Source: Vicugna vicugna
Taxonomy: Eukaryota
Reading direction: 5' to 3'
NCBI GenBank assembly: GCA_013265495.1
Contig: MU058796.1
Location: forward strand, 62,001-126,000
Length of the DNA: 64,000 bases
Below, piece after piece: positions 1 through 11,340 of this stretch; position 1 is the first letter of the stretch; each line of letters starts with the position of its first letter. The notes under the pieces are model-generated. The model was not told the origin of the DNA. It saw nothing but the letters and a program-made list of their open reading frames with translations, and searched no databases. A program made the translations under genes and the position numbers.

Positions 1-470
1 ACTCCCTCCCTTGAGTCTTTAGTCTAATTTAGATGTACCCTCCTCAGTGTTTCCAGTGTGCCCTGTGTATCTGTATATGTGTGTGTATACTAATGTTCAT
101 TGAGCATTAATACGTGCTAAGTATTAATGCCTCCCCATGGATTATTTTGTTCCATCTTTGCAACAGCCCTATAGAGAAGGCACTCCATTTTACAGAAAGA
201 ATATAGTGATAATTAAGGAATTTGTTTAAGATTGGAATTAATTAATTAATGGTAACTGAGAAAGCCAGGATTCAATCTCAGACAGTGTTTCCAAATACCT
301 TGCTCTTAAACACCATATCCATATACTTGTTGTATTATAATCATAATACTTATTGTACTGTGGTTCTCATCTTTACTGAAAGAACTTTAAGAGTCAGAGC
401 CATGACTTGTTTGATTTTGTATCCCCAGTTCCTACTGCATTGCCTAGCAAGTAAATATAGCTTGAAATTT
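1..470 (+). mobile_element. L2 3' fragment interrupted by a minus-strand MIR (~90-315)
   Basis: L2 3' end motif 'tttgtatccccagttccta...tgcctagca'. MIR motifs 'ccattttacaga' and 'gccaggattcaatctcagacag'. Confidence 0.6.
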
Positions 471-509
471 TAACTGTTGTATTTCCAGTTCTTCCTTATT
501 GGTTTCCTC

Positions 510-1000
510 CTTTTTTCCCTCTCTTTATTCCTTCACCTAATATTTATTTCATGGTGTTTCCCTGTGCTTCAGTTCCTAGTCTTCCCACTCTAGCTGAGAT
601 TCACTGCTGTGGCTTTAGCTCCCTCCAGTATACTCACGATTTCCTAATACAAGCTACCAGCACTGATGTCTCCTGGAGTTTGCCTTTCCCTTATCTTTGT
701 ACACACTGATCTTTCTTTCTCGAATGCCTTTCTTTCCTTCTCTGATTTGCAAACTCCAAGTTATTCTTCTGATTCAGCTTTGTTGGGTTCCTGTGTTCTT
801 TCCTGTATTATTTTATCCACATCTCTGTGATAGCAGGATGTGGTTTGCATCTTGCTACAGTTATGTTTACCTATAACTCTTCCCCCTAGTAGATGATCAG
901 AAAGAACTGTGCTATATTCATTTCAACATCCCAGTGCCTGGAAGAGGGTGTCACATAAAGTGTGCTCAAAAAATCATTTGGTAAATGAATAAATGAGATA
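510..1000 (+). mobile_element. L2 LINE 3' fragment
   Basis: Ends 'cccagtgcctggaagagggtgtcacataaagtgtgctcaa...aatgaataaatga', a typical L2 terminus. Confidence 0.6.
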
Positions 1001-3539
1001 TCTGAGGAATATATTTTGAATAATACTGTATTTATAAGAAGATGCTTTTTATTGGGAAGTTATGTGTTAGTGTTCTCATTTTATATTGAAAGTAATTTGA
1101 AGACATTGTCACAAACAAATAGTATGTTATTAACTCTTTTACTTTGAAGTATAGATTTAACGTAAGAAGGTTGATATGTTTTCTCTTTTTCATACTTTTT
1201 CAATGTATTATAATTAACATTGGAAGGACATAATGACCTTATCACTAATATCTAAGCCTCTACTTTCTGAAGAGTCAAAATCCTTTGCCCAACTTGTGCT
1301 TGCCCGGGGTCACGAGTCCACATCAATACTTCTGGTACAAAAGCAATTTTTTCTCTCTACCAGGGTGGCAGGGTCATCTGATTGGACTTTCCATGGTCCT
1401 GGCTGAATGGGAAGGGAATTAAATTGCAGTGTCAAAGGAAATTACTCATTCTAAGAAGCATTCACATATTATCTATGGCCAAAACCATCTCTGACACTCA
1501 TTTATGATTAAAATTAAAAGTGGGAGAGAAGAGGCAGTTTGGCAGCACTTCTGTGACAATAAAAATGTGAGGACCGAATTAAATCGATGGTTAAAGTCTG
1601 TGGCACGCCAGATAAGAAAGTAGTGTGCTTCAGTGGTGTTTTAGAGTTTAGAGGCCTATCTAGGGAGACAAGGAGAGGAAATGTGTGCTCCAATGTGAGA
1701 TGATCTATACAAACTTCATTCTAGAACAAACCTTATTTAGGTGGTTGCTTGATAAGTTTAAGTCACCCCAGGCATCTCTCTTGGGAAGTTTTTAAGGAGC
1801 AAAGATCTTTTTAAATGAAACTTTAAAGGTCTTAAGGGAGATACTTTCTCTAAAATAAGCTCATTCTTCATGTTGTCCATAAGTATATACTGTTCTACTT
1901 AATTTTATTTTTACCATCATCCCAGTCACAGCTTTGATACTTGTTTGCATTTTCTAAGGTAATGGGTGGTTATGATGTGTGATGGAAAAGATAATAATTT
2001 CTTGATAATGTATCCCTGAAGTAACATGGAGTTGAGGTAAAATGCAATCTTTAAGACATTTCAAAACTGTACACCCCAGCTTAAAAACTGCTGAATTCTA
2101 TGCCTGTAGAGGAAATAAAATTGAAGTGTTAGATTTAAAAGGAAACTCAAATTGATTGTTAGGGGTAAGAATGTTTTTTTGAAAGGCCATGGAACTGTTT
2201 TAGTTTCTGGAATAAATATAACAGCTAAGATAGTTTAAATGAGAAACATTTCTGGATTTATTTAAAAGACGTCATCTCTTTGACTTCTTCACACAGGGCA
2301 GACAGAACGAAAATGATTTATCAGCTGGTCTATTTGCCGTTTACAGAACTGTGATTTGTTTCTTATATGGGCCTATTTTTATACTTTTACTTTATTGCCT
2401 GGCATTTAAACACTTGAGTCAGTTTTCTCAACCTAGTGAACATTTATTTTCTCCTTATAAAAGTAGGTTCTTTTCAAATTTGAAGTAGCAGTTTAGTATT
2501 TATTTTATTCTGATTCTTAAGCATTTTAATGGAAATGATACCTAATGTTACTTCCATGTGATAACACTACTAGATGAATCTGCATTTCTGTAAAAATACG
2601 TTTGTGTAGCTCATTGGGAGTTATACACATTTATGTATCCATTATGTACCTATCTGCTAAAACCCGTCAGCACTAACGGAGAATTAGTACTAATGACTAC
2701 AGTAAATGTTAGTAATTGCATCTATTTTAGATCAAGCTTTGAATTAAAATAAATATAAATTCAACTTTTAAGTTTCTGTATTTTCCTTTAGGAAGTGTAA
2801 ACCTCATGAAAATGAGTTATTTCCTGGGAAAAGAATAGATGAGTAGTGGAGAATGTTGTTCAGGCAAATGTGTTCAACTCAAACTGTGCTGCTGTCTCTC
2901 TCTGTGAGTGAAACAGGACCTTTGAGTTAGTGACAGATTTCCTGGACATCAAGGTTACAAAACAAAGATTGTTTTGGACCTGGCTATAGGACTGGAATAT
3001 ACCAAGTCTAAGTATTTAAGAATGGAAAACCATGTTAATAACAAACACAACTTCCTGCAGGAACTTTTCCCCTTGGTAAAATCCTTATTATAAATACCAA
3101 AGTTAATCTATTTAAAAGTATTACTTAAATGTCCATATTTAAGTACTTCTATAGGAATTGCAACAAATATTGAAAAGTTAGTCTTATACTGGGATTGATC
3201 AAACCAAATTAGATCTGCATTCCAAATTTATCGCATGGCCTTTGACAATTTTCTGTTCATTTTTGATGATTTTGAAAGAAACTGATTGGCCTGGTCTGAG
3301 TTTGGCAATGCTACCAAATGATACCTAGCTACGCCTTCACTATGATTCATAGGCCAATTCACCATTTTACAACAAGTAATAGCTGGAAAAAGTTTCCATA
3401 TGGCAATTTGGATATAATTTTAAATTGATGTCAGTGAAACTAAAAGCTACTTGGGTCAACCAGTATGCACGGCAAAAATAAATAAATAAAAAGTAATCTA
3501 ACAAATTTTAGTTCTCCATTAAGTAACTTTTAAAAAAAT

Positions 3540-3765
3540 CAAGTTCTTACTACATGTATTAAGTTCTTTACATTTAACATCTTCTTATATCTTTATAACA
3601 GGCTAATGAGGTCAGTATTATTGTCCCCTCCCTTATAGATGGAAAAAAAATCAAGGTTTACAAATGTTAGCCAGCTTTTCTTCTAACAGACAGCTAGTAA
3701 GTTATGAAAATTTGATTTGAGCTCAGCTCTTTCTGTTTGCAAAGTCTAGCTCTTAATCACATCAG
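3540..3765 (-). mobile_element. MIR SINE
   Basis: 'ttatagatggaaaa', 'cagctagtaagt' and 'ctcttaatcac' match the reverse MIR core. Confidence 0.6.
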
Positions 3766-4028
3766 AGTTTTCCCAACTGTGTCCATATTTAACTTAGATA
3801 ATAAGTTAAAATTTAAGTTATTAAATTTAAGTTAAAGAAAAAAGCCAGTAATGTTTTTAATTAAAAAATTTTAATGGACATGTAAAGAAAATAAGAGTAC
3901 TTATGTAATTATTATTATACAACAATCTTCCTTTAACAATGAATTGTTATATTGGTAAGTGTGTATAATAAAATATTTTTAAAGGCTAGTAAAAGATTAA
4001 CACAAAATTCAGAACTGAAGTTTCCTCA

Positions 4029-4393
4029 TGTCTTAGCTCAGGCTGCTATAACAAAATGGAAAAGACCGGGTAGCTTAAACAATAGACACATATTTCTTAC
4101 AGATCTGGAGGCTGGAAGTCAAAGATGAAGGTGCTACAGTTTGGGTTCTTGGTAACGGCCCTCTTCCTGGCTTACAGATGATCATCTTCTCACTGTCCTC
4201 ATGTGGTGGAGAGAGCAAGCTCTGAGGTCTCTTACTCTTTTTATGAGGGCACTGATCCCATTTTGGAGGTTCTCATGGCCTCACTTAAACCTAATTACTT
4301 CCCAGAGGCCCCACATCTTAATGCTTGCACACTGGAGGTTAAGACTTCAATATAGGAATTTTGAGGGTTTGAATAAGCATTTAGTCCCTAACA
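4029..4393 (-). mobile_element. MLT1A/A0-type MaLR solo LTR inserted in an old L1M 3' fragment
   Basis: TG...CA ends and a perfect 5-bp TSD cctca (4024-4028/4394-4398). Diagnostic 'ggctgctataacaaaa...tctggaggctggaagtc'. Confidence 0.85.
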
Positions 4394-5528
4394 CCTCAGA
4401 TGGGAAATAATTACGTAATAATTTAGAGGAGTAAAACACAAGAAAGTATAAATTGTTGTCGATAATCTAGTTTTGGGGTTTGGTGGTAGATTGATATGGA
4501 GTCATTATTTTACAAAGAAAATTTACAAATAAATTAGAGTCATAAGAATTTTAAAATAAATGAGGATCATAGGTGAATCAACGATGAGAATGAGTTCAGA
4601 GTTTCAATTTGTGTGATTTACAATTGATCCAATTTTGTGTGCTTGAGGTGTGGAAGCCTGGGGGAGAGGGGAGAAAAAGAAAGAAAGAAAGGAACTGTTT
4701 GCCACATTGAGAAACCCAAATATTCAAATAAGACATCATCTGAGTCACAAAAGGATGGTGTTCAATCTTCATATTGAAGCTTTGACAGCCTTTACCAAAT
4801 AACCTCCACATTAATTTCTGGACTATGTTACATGTTTTGTCTTAAAACTTTAATAAATATTTTTAATTGCTAATTTTTAGCCTGCATTAATTATACAAAA
4901 TAAAATGTCCCTATTAATTTGTAGATGATAGAACATTTTAAACCAAAAGAGTCTTGTGTCTGAATCAAATATGTGAAATTAGAACAATTCAAAATAAATA
5001 TCAACAAACTTAGCCTTTAAGTTCTCAAAAATAATAAAGCAATTGTTGTACATGAAACAGTTATTTTTTTAAACATTCTAATTTACTGTGCAGATCATGC
5101 AATTAGTGATTTTCTTTCTCTTAACACTCTGTACTCATACCAACCAGCTAAATGATGTTTGTAATCATTTTCTCATTTAAAAAAGATCATTTTTCCTTGC
5201 ATGTAAAAATTTCCCCAAAATGTGAAATTAATTACGTTTTATGTTTTATTTTAACCTAGAAGATTTAATGTTTTTTCTTAAGAAAATAAAATGATTTAAT
5301 TTTTCACATTTTATTGAGAATTTGGGGCTAAAATAAAGTATGTATGTGTCTTAGCTGTCAATTTGCTGCATAATGAATTATTTCCAGACTTAGTGGCTTA
5401 AAACAACAATAAACATTTTTATCTCCCATGGTGTTTATGGATCAGGAATCTGAGAGTGGCTTAGCTGGGTGGCTCTGATTCAGGGTCTCCCATGAGGTTG
5501 CAGTCAAGATATCAGATAGGATCAGCCA

Positions 5529-6471
5529 CAGTGGTGAGCTGGAACTGGCTCACGTGGCTGACAAGGAGGAGTCTTAAACAGGAATTTTACAAGCTAGTGC
5601 TAAATCGAGCCATTAGTAAAAATACAGTTATATAAATATTATAGTAAATTTTATTTTAAAATTATCTATACATAAATTAAAATCAAAGGTAATACTCAAA
5701 ACTAAGGATTTCAGTAATTTTAGTCTTTTTCTATACTCAATGTTTTTAAGGTTATTTACTTCTTTTCTGTCTGTGTGGTGGAAATACTCTAGAGCTGCGT
5801 GCCACTGTGCATCTCTTTCCAACTTCACATCCTGTGGCATAAGTCAGTAGGTTGAAATTAGTCATGTATGAGGATTTATACATGGGCAAACATTATAAAT
5901 CAAGGCTTGATTTAATGTTTTGTTAACTGCCTAAACTTAAGAAAATTTTAATAATGCAGAGTGCATTTAAAAGTGTACCATGTCCATAACTGTCACGTTG
6001 TCAATAGCATAAAAAATTGAGAAAATATACTTTCAGTATTTCAAAGTATTTTTCAGTTCGGCAGAGAGGATATTCATGCTGTTGATGAACAAGTGAGTTT
6101 CCAACATTGTTTTTCCACTTTTATTTTATTTGTTAATATTGAACAAACATATCAGCCACTGCTCATTTCCAGACTACACTTGTTCATCAATAATAGGAGT
6201 GACTTCTTTGCTGAATTGACTAGAAATCAAGCATTTATTCAAAATCTGATTTTGTGACACTTTTTTTGGTGATAAATTGCAAAAATTGAACATGGATCAC
6301 TGAAGTACAGGTATATGGAATTTATAATAAAGAATATTATATATTTTATTATTATTGACAAATTTTATGATACACGTTCTTTGTAATAAACTAATGTGTG
6401 TACATGTGTAGATACAGAGATATACACACTCTTTTCCAGAGAACAGAAAAACACTTGCCAGATTACCACTG
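5529..6471. mobile_element. hAT DNA transposon, MER63-like (~940 bp)
   Basis: TIRs CAGTGGTGAGCTGG / ccagattaccactg (12/14 match). The start resembles MER63. The 8-bp TSD is not recognisable. Confidence 0.75.
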
Positions 6472-6750
6472 AGCTGACTGATCTTCCCATGCGACTCACT
6501 CACGTGGCTGGGGAGTGGGTGCTGGTCATTGACGAGAGGTCTTAGTTCCTGGCCATGCAGGCCTCTCTACGGGGCTGCTCACATGGCATCTGGCTCTCTC
6601 CAGAGTGAGCAAACCAAGAGAGGAAGAGCCAGATGGAAATGATACCTTTTTCGTGACTTAGCCTTAGAACTCATATAGCGTATTATCTCTATTAAAACAA
6701 ATCTAAGCCTAGGGTTGTTCTCAAAAAGTGGTTAGTTAGATGTAAGTCAT

Positions 6751-7090
6751 TGCTATGGATTAAAGGTTTGTGTCCATCCCAAATTTATATGTTGAAATCT
6801 TAACCCCCCGTGTGAAAGTATTAGGAGGTGAGGCTTTAGCATGTGCTTAGGAGAGTCTTATAAAAAGGCGAGACCCTTGTAAAAGAAGTTCTCTTACCCC
6901 TTCTACCACATGAGGTTACAGTGAGAAGATGGCCATGTGTGAACCAGGAAGCTCTGCCTCACCAGACCCTGAGTCTCCCTGTACCTTCATGCTGGACTTC
7001 TCAGCCTTCAGAACTGTGAGAAATAAATGTCTGTTGCTTACAAGCCATCCCATCGATGGTGATTTTGTTGTAGCATTTCAGACGAAGTCA
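6751..7090 (+). mobile_element. MLT1A/A0-type MaLR solo LTR
   Basis: 'tgctatgg...ggacttctcagccttcagaactgtgagaaataaatgtctgttg...'. TSD gtcat/gtcac. Confidence 0.85.
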
Positions 7091-7294
7091 GTCACTGAGC
7101 CCAGGCCACATTTGAGGAAAGGACACGTTTATCTCTCTTTTTCCCTCCTACCCTTATCCAGAGTGTTACATTTCATCTCAAGAGCAGCTGCCAGCATTCC
7201 ATCAGTAGTTTTAAAAGAACCACGCTGGTCAAATAAGTTTTTAAAGCCATGCATCCTGCTACATTGTTCCATCTATTCCTGTCCCCACAAAATG

Positions 7295-7307
7295 ACTTCC
7301 CGGAAGT
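7295..7307. promoter_or_regulatory. Palindromic STAT/ETS composite site
   Basis: ACTTCCCGGAAGT contains GAS TTCCCGGAA and ETS CCGGAAGT, with the CpG retained. Confidence 0.35.
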
Positions 7308-7694
7308 AATCGGAAGACTAATAGTATTTTTTGCTAATATATTAGAAAGAGAGGTGATAAGTAAATTATCTATTAATGCCAGAATGAAATATACATGTAG
7401 AGAACCATTTTCTCTTTATAAATATTAATGCCACAGAATCTGTACAGCACCTGGAAAATTTAGGTGAACTGCTTTTGGCCTACTAGCCATAACTGTCACA
7501 GATTTAGAATTATTTAATGAAAGAATAAGAGAGAAAGAGGGAAAGGCAGAAAGGGAGAAACTCTGTACATAGTGATTTCAAATGTAATGCTTAGAAACAT
7601 TTTTAATCATATCCTAAAATTTGTTAGTAAAAATCTAGATATTCAATAGAGATTGTGAAGTTTGGAATATTCATTATATATTCTATTCACTTAC

Positions 7695-7745
7695 CTAAGT
7701 ACCATTTCAAAAGATTTAAGCTTTTGTTGGATCTGCGCTTGAATT
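7695..7745 (-). other. Candidate 51-nt exon
   Basis: Minus strand reads ttatttattcataaaattcag|AATTCAAGCG...GGTACTTAG|gtaagtga. Consensus donor, weak pyrimidine tract. Confidence 0.35.
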
Positions 7746-8249
7746 CTGAATTTTATGAATAAATAATTTTTTATATTTCTAGCCTCTATTGTTTCACATT
7801 TGATTTTCTGTGACAAGATATAATACAGCAACAGTAATAGTTGGCTTTTCCATAACAGTTTCTGCAGCAAGTTTATAAAAGTATTGTCTGTTAACCCAAA
7901 GCTAAATTGCATGCTGAGAAGTATGACAGGCATTTGGGATGGGGGAGGGAAATAAAAGGGAACGGAGTGGGGGATACTCACCTGGGAATCAATGCTTCCT
8001 TCATAGGCTTGCAAAGTATTTGCAAAATGAAAGTTATCCATCATACTTATGTAGAAATAGGTCACAGTCACATTCTTTGCAATTGTTATAATCCCTTTGT
8101 CTAATGTAAACATTCACTCCACATTTGTGGCATTATAATCTCATAATCAGAAGGAACAATTTGGCAAACCACCTTTACCTCAAGGAAGGATCTTTATTCA
8201 AACTCTACATACTGCACATTCCAGATTCAATTACAGTAGCATCGGAGAC

Positions 8250-8624
8250 TGCAAAGGACTGAATTTTGTTCCCTTAAATTCATATGTTGAAGCCCTAATC
8301 CCCAATGTGATTATATATGGAGATAATTAAGGTCAAATTAGGTCATAAGAGGTTCTAATCCAATACAACTGTGGCCAATAAGAAGAGGAAGAGGGGTGTG
8401 TGTGTGTGTGTGTCCCTCTTTCTGTGTCTGTCTCTTTTCCTATCATGTGAGCACATAGGGAGAAAGCAGCCATGTATAAGCCAGAAAAAGAGGTCTCACA
8501 AGAAACCAAACTGGTTAATATCTTGATCTTAGACTTTCCAACCTCTACAACAGTGAGAAAATTCTGTTGTTTAAGCCACTCGTTCTGTGGTATTTTACCA
8601 TGGCAGGCTGAGCTGCAAAAGACA
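8250..8624 (+). mobile_element. MLT1 (A/B-type) 5' LTR
   Basis: 'ggactgaa...aaattcatatgttgaagccctaatccccaatgtga...ttctgttgtttaagccac', directly followed by internal sequence. Confidence 0.85.
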
Positions 8625-9705
8625 GATGTTGGTATGGAGAAGTAGTGTGCTGTTGTAACATATATCTAAATATATGGAAGTGGTTTGGGTAGAGTTTTGA
8701 GATCCATTGCTAGAAAAAGTTGAGATTGCTATGAAGGGATTGTTAGTATATATATGGACATTAAATGCGATCCTGCTGAGGACTCAAAAGGAAAAGATGA
8801 GAGCTGGAGAGAAATCTCCATCTTCTCAGAGAATGCGTACATAATCGTGAATAGAATTACTTTCAGTAGAAGTAAGGACATTAAAGGTCATTCTGGTGAA
8901 GTCTCAGAAGGAAGTGAGGAACAGTTATTGGAAACTAGATTATTGATTATTAAAAAGGTGGTCTTTGTTATAAAATTGCAAAGAAATCGACTGAATTGTA
9001 TATTAATGTGCTGTGGAAAGTAGAACTTCAGAGCGATGAAACTGGATATTTAGCAGAGGACATTTCTAAACAAAGTATTGAAGATACTGCCTGGATCCTC
9101 CTTACTGCTTACAGTAAAATGCAAGAGAAAAAATATGAAGCAAAGAAGATACTGTTGAGCAAAAGGATCCAGAACTTGAGAGATTTAGAAAAATTCTCAG
9201 CTTATCCATATAGCAAAAAAATGAGAAACATTTATCCTTTTTTCTCACTTTTTTCATTTGTTCTCATGTTTTAACTCAGTGTTGAAGAGAACACTAAGTG
9301 TGTGGATGAACAACCATTTGATAAGAGATCCTGGGTGCAGCTCATGGACTTATCAGCCATCTCAACAGAAGCCAGGAACTTAGAGATAATACTAGCAGAG
9401 ATACTGCTAGTTTGAAATAAAGTGAACAGAGAAAGCAGACAGAGGGAAAGAAAATTGTTAGACTTCTTGAATTACGTAGATCCAGACCATGGAACTATTT
9501 AGCTGTAAACTTGTGCTATTTTTTAAGAAAAGGGAAAAATTACCCCAAAGCATTCAGAGGTCACGACCCAGGCTGCCACTCTTATCCCAGAACCTAAGGG
9601 ATAAGGCTGCCCTGCAGAGCCATGGAGGTGACAGTGCCCCCCTAGTGGGCCTGGAGAGCAGAGCACAGAACCAAAGAGGATTATAGTCTTAAGATCTAGT
9701 GAATC
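8625..9705 (+). mobile_element. MaLR (MLT1-int) internal sequence with a decayed gag-derived ORF; 3' truncated
   Basis: Starts 'gatgttggta...gtgctgttgtaaca'. The translated remnant LWKVELQSDETGYLAEDISKQSIEDTAWILLTAYSKM (ORF 8996-9274) is typical MaLR internal ORF sequence. Frameshifted. Confidence 0.85.
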
Positions 9706-11021
9706 TTAACTTCTCTTATAGCTAAGATTCTAAAACACACTTTCTCACTACCTCTACCAAACACATACACATCACTAGTTTAATCCAGCTGCTCTTGGTG
9801 TTTTAAAACAGGAGCATGATAGAAGCATCCTCTGGGATTGCAATATTTCTTAGTGCTATGCAGAATCTAACTTCTTAGAAGTGGCCCCTCTGTTTTACAT
9901 CTGTTCCACTTTGCTGACCATAAAAATTACAATTAGGAATAAGGTTTACAGCTGCAGTGGGGGTGAGAAATGGGGCAAAGACAACCTTATTGAGCACTTG
10001 GGGTGTTTTCTTGAGCCTGACTAAAAGAAATGTAAATGATATGCACATTCTTGAATTTGAGACCCAGATTTTTAAAACATCAAAAAAAATAGGAAAACAA
10101 GAATAAAGCACAACAAAATTTCCCAATGAATTGCAAAGACTACTCTTTCTTGCTGTCAGTAAAAAATAAAAAAGTTTTAAAATTAGGACAATATGAAATA
10201 TGAGGTGGTCCAGCCAAGCCTTTCCAGTGTAATACTGGGAAACAGTAAACAATTACATTATATAAACCAACTGTCTGAGTAGAAATGATGATTAAAGTAA
10301 TGCATCTGTATGCTTCACTGATTTATGAATTTGTTTAATGATTCTTGTTCAGAGTAGCAAAAACTATTATGCATTCACTGATTTTAAGAGACAATATATA
10401 ACTGTATGACCTTTTGCTGCACCAATAAAAGTAATCTGCAGTAATACTCTGAGAGATTTTAACGGTCACACTGATTTTTGATTACACTTTAAACCATATA
10501 TATATATATAATTTTTTTCTCCTTTGAAAAAGTTTTATGATTGTGTATGCATAACTATTGATTGTTTTGGAAAGAATCATGGCACCCGAGCAAAATTGCC
10601 TCCCAGGAGCTAGGGTTAGGCTTAAATCAATGCAAGCAAAGCCATTAACCGTGGTGGGGATCTTGGCACCAGGCCCCTCTGCATACCTCACTCCACAGCC
10701 ACTAAAGAGATGTCTGCTTGTAGCCAGGTGCTGCTGGACAAATGCTAAGTGATGGGTGGTGGTTCTTATCGGGGAATTTCTTTGTTTATATGGTGTTCAG
10801 TCACAAGCTGATCTTTCAATTCATGTCTTGTGGTGTAAACTTCCTTGTTTGTTTTCACTTCTTTTTAGCCTGGGAGGCAGAGAACCTCAGCACACAAGCT
10901 AATCTGAGAAGGAAAAATAGGAACTAAGAATAAGTGATGACAAGAATGGCAGGAACGTAGGAACAGTGTTAGTGCTCTCAGTTTTGAACTCTTTAAAAGC
11001 TTCCTTCTGTCTCTCATTCTA

Positions 11022-11061
<40 letters not shown>
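11022..11061. repeat. Compound (TC)n(AC)n microsatellite
   Basis: Directly visible. Confidence 0.95.
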
Positions 11062-11219
11062 GCACCTTTCTTGCACCAATCTCTCCAAAAATAAAAAAAA
11101 AGAGAGGTTAAAAAGAAGACATGTTTTGCAAGCAGCATACACACACACGCATCAGCATTCATTCGTTCAGTAAATCCAAGAATTCTTTCATCAGCGTGTT
11201 CATGCTTGACTGGAAGCAG

Positions 11220-11340
11220 ATATAAGAAAAATATAGGAACAGCCAATTTGCCATATCAGATCAGACCACACATTTATCTATTTCTGTACCTTGCCTCTGG
11301 GACTGACCAGTTTCTGATGCTTCATAGGAAGGTGGGGAAA
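11220..11340 (-). mobile_element. Ancient CR1-type LINE 3' end fragment
   Basis: 'gccatatcagatcagacca...atcta...ccagtttctgatgcttcataggaagg' resembles the reverse strand of amniote CR1 3' ends (gccatactgggtcagacca...gatgcttcagaggaagg). Confidence 0.5.

Larger units (their letters stand above)
5346..7140 (-). mobile_element. Older MLT1 (F/G/H-type) LTR split into three pieces by two insertions
   Basis: 'acttagtggcttaaaacaaca...ggcttagctgggtggctctg...gaggttgcagtcaagat' resumes at 6472 ('ctcactcacgtggctgg') and at 7091 ('gtcactgagcccaggccaca'). Confidence 0.7.

Noticed and set aside
7691..8113. 140-aa minus-strand ORF ending IQAQIQQKLKSFEMVLR
   Set aside because: No recognisable domain, and it runs across consensus splice donors. 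Joining candidate exons into one peptide needs arbitrary donor choices.
8754..9686. Three plus-strand ORFs as a gene
   Set aside because: They are frameshifted remnants of the MaLR internal ORF.
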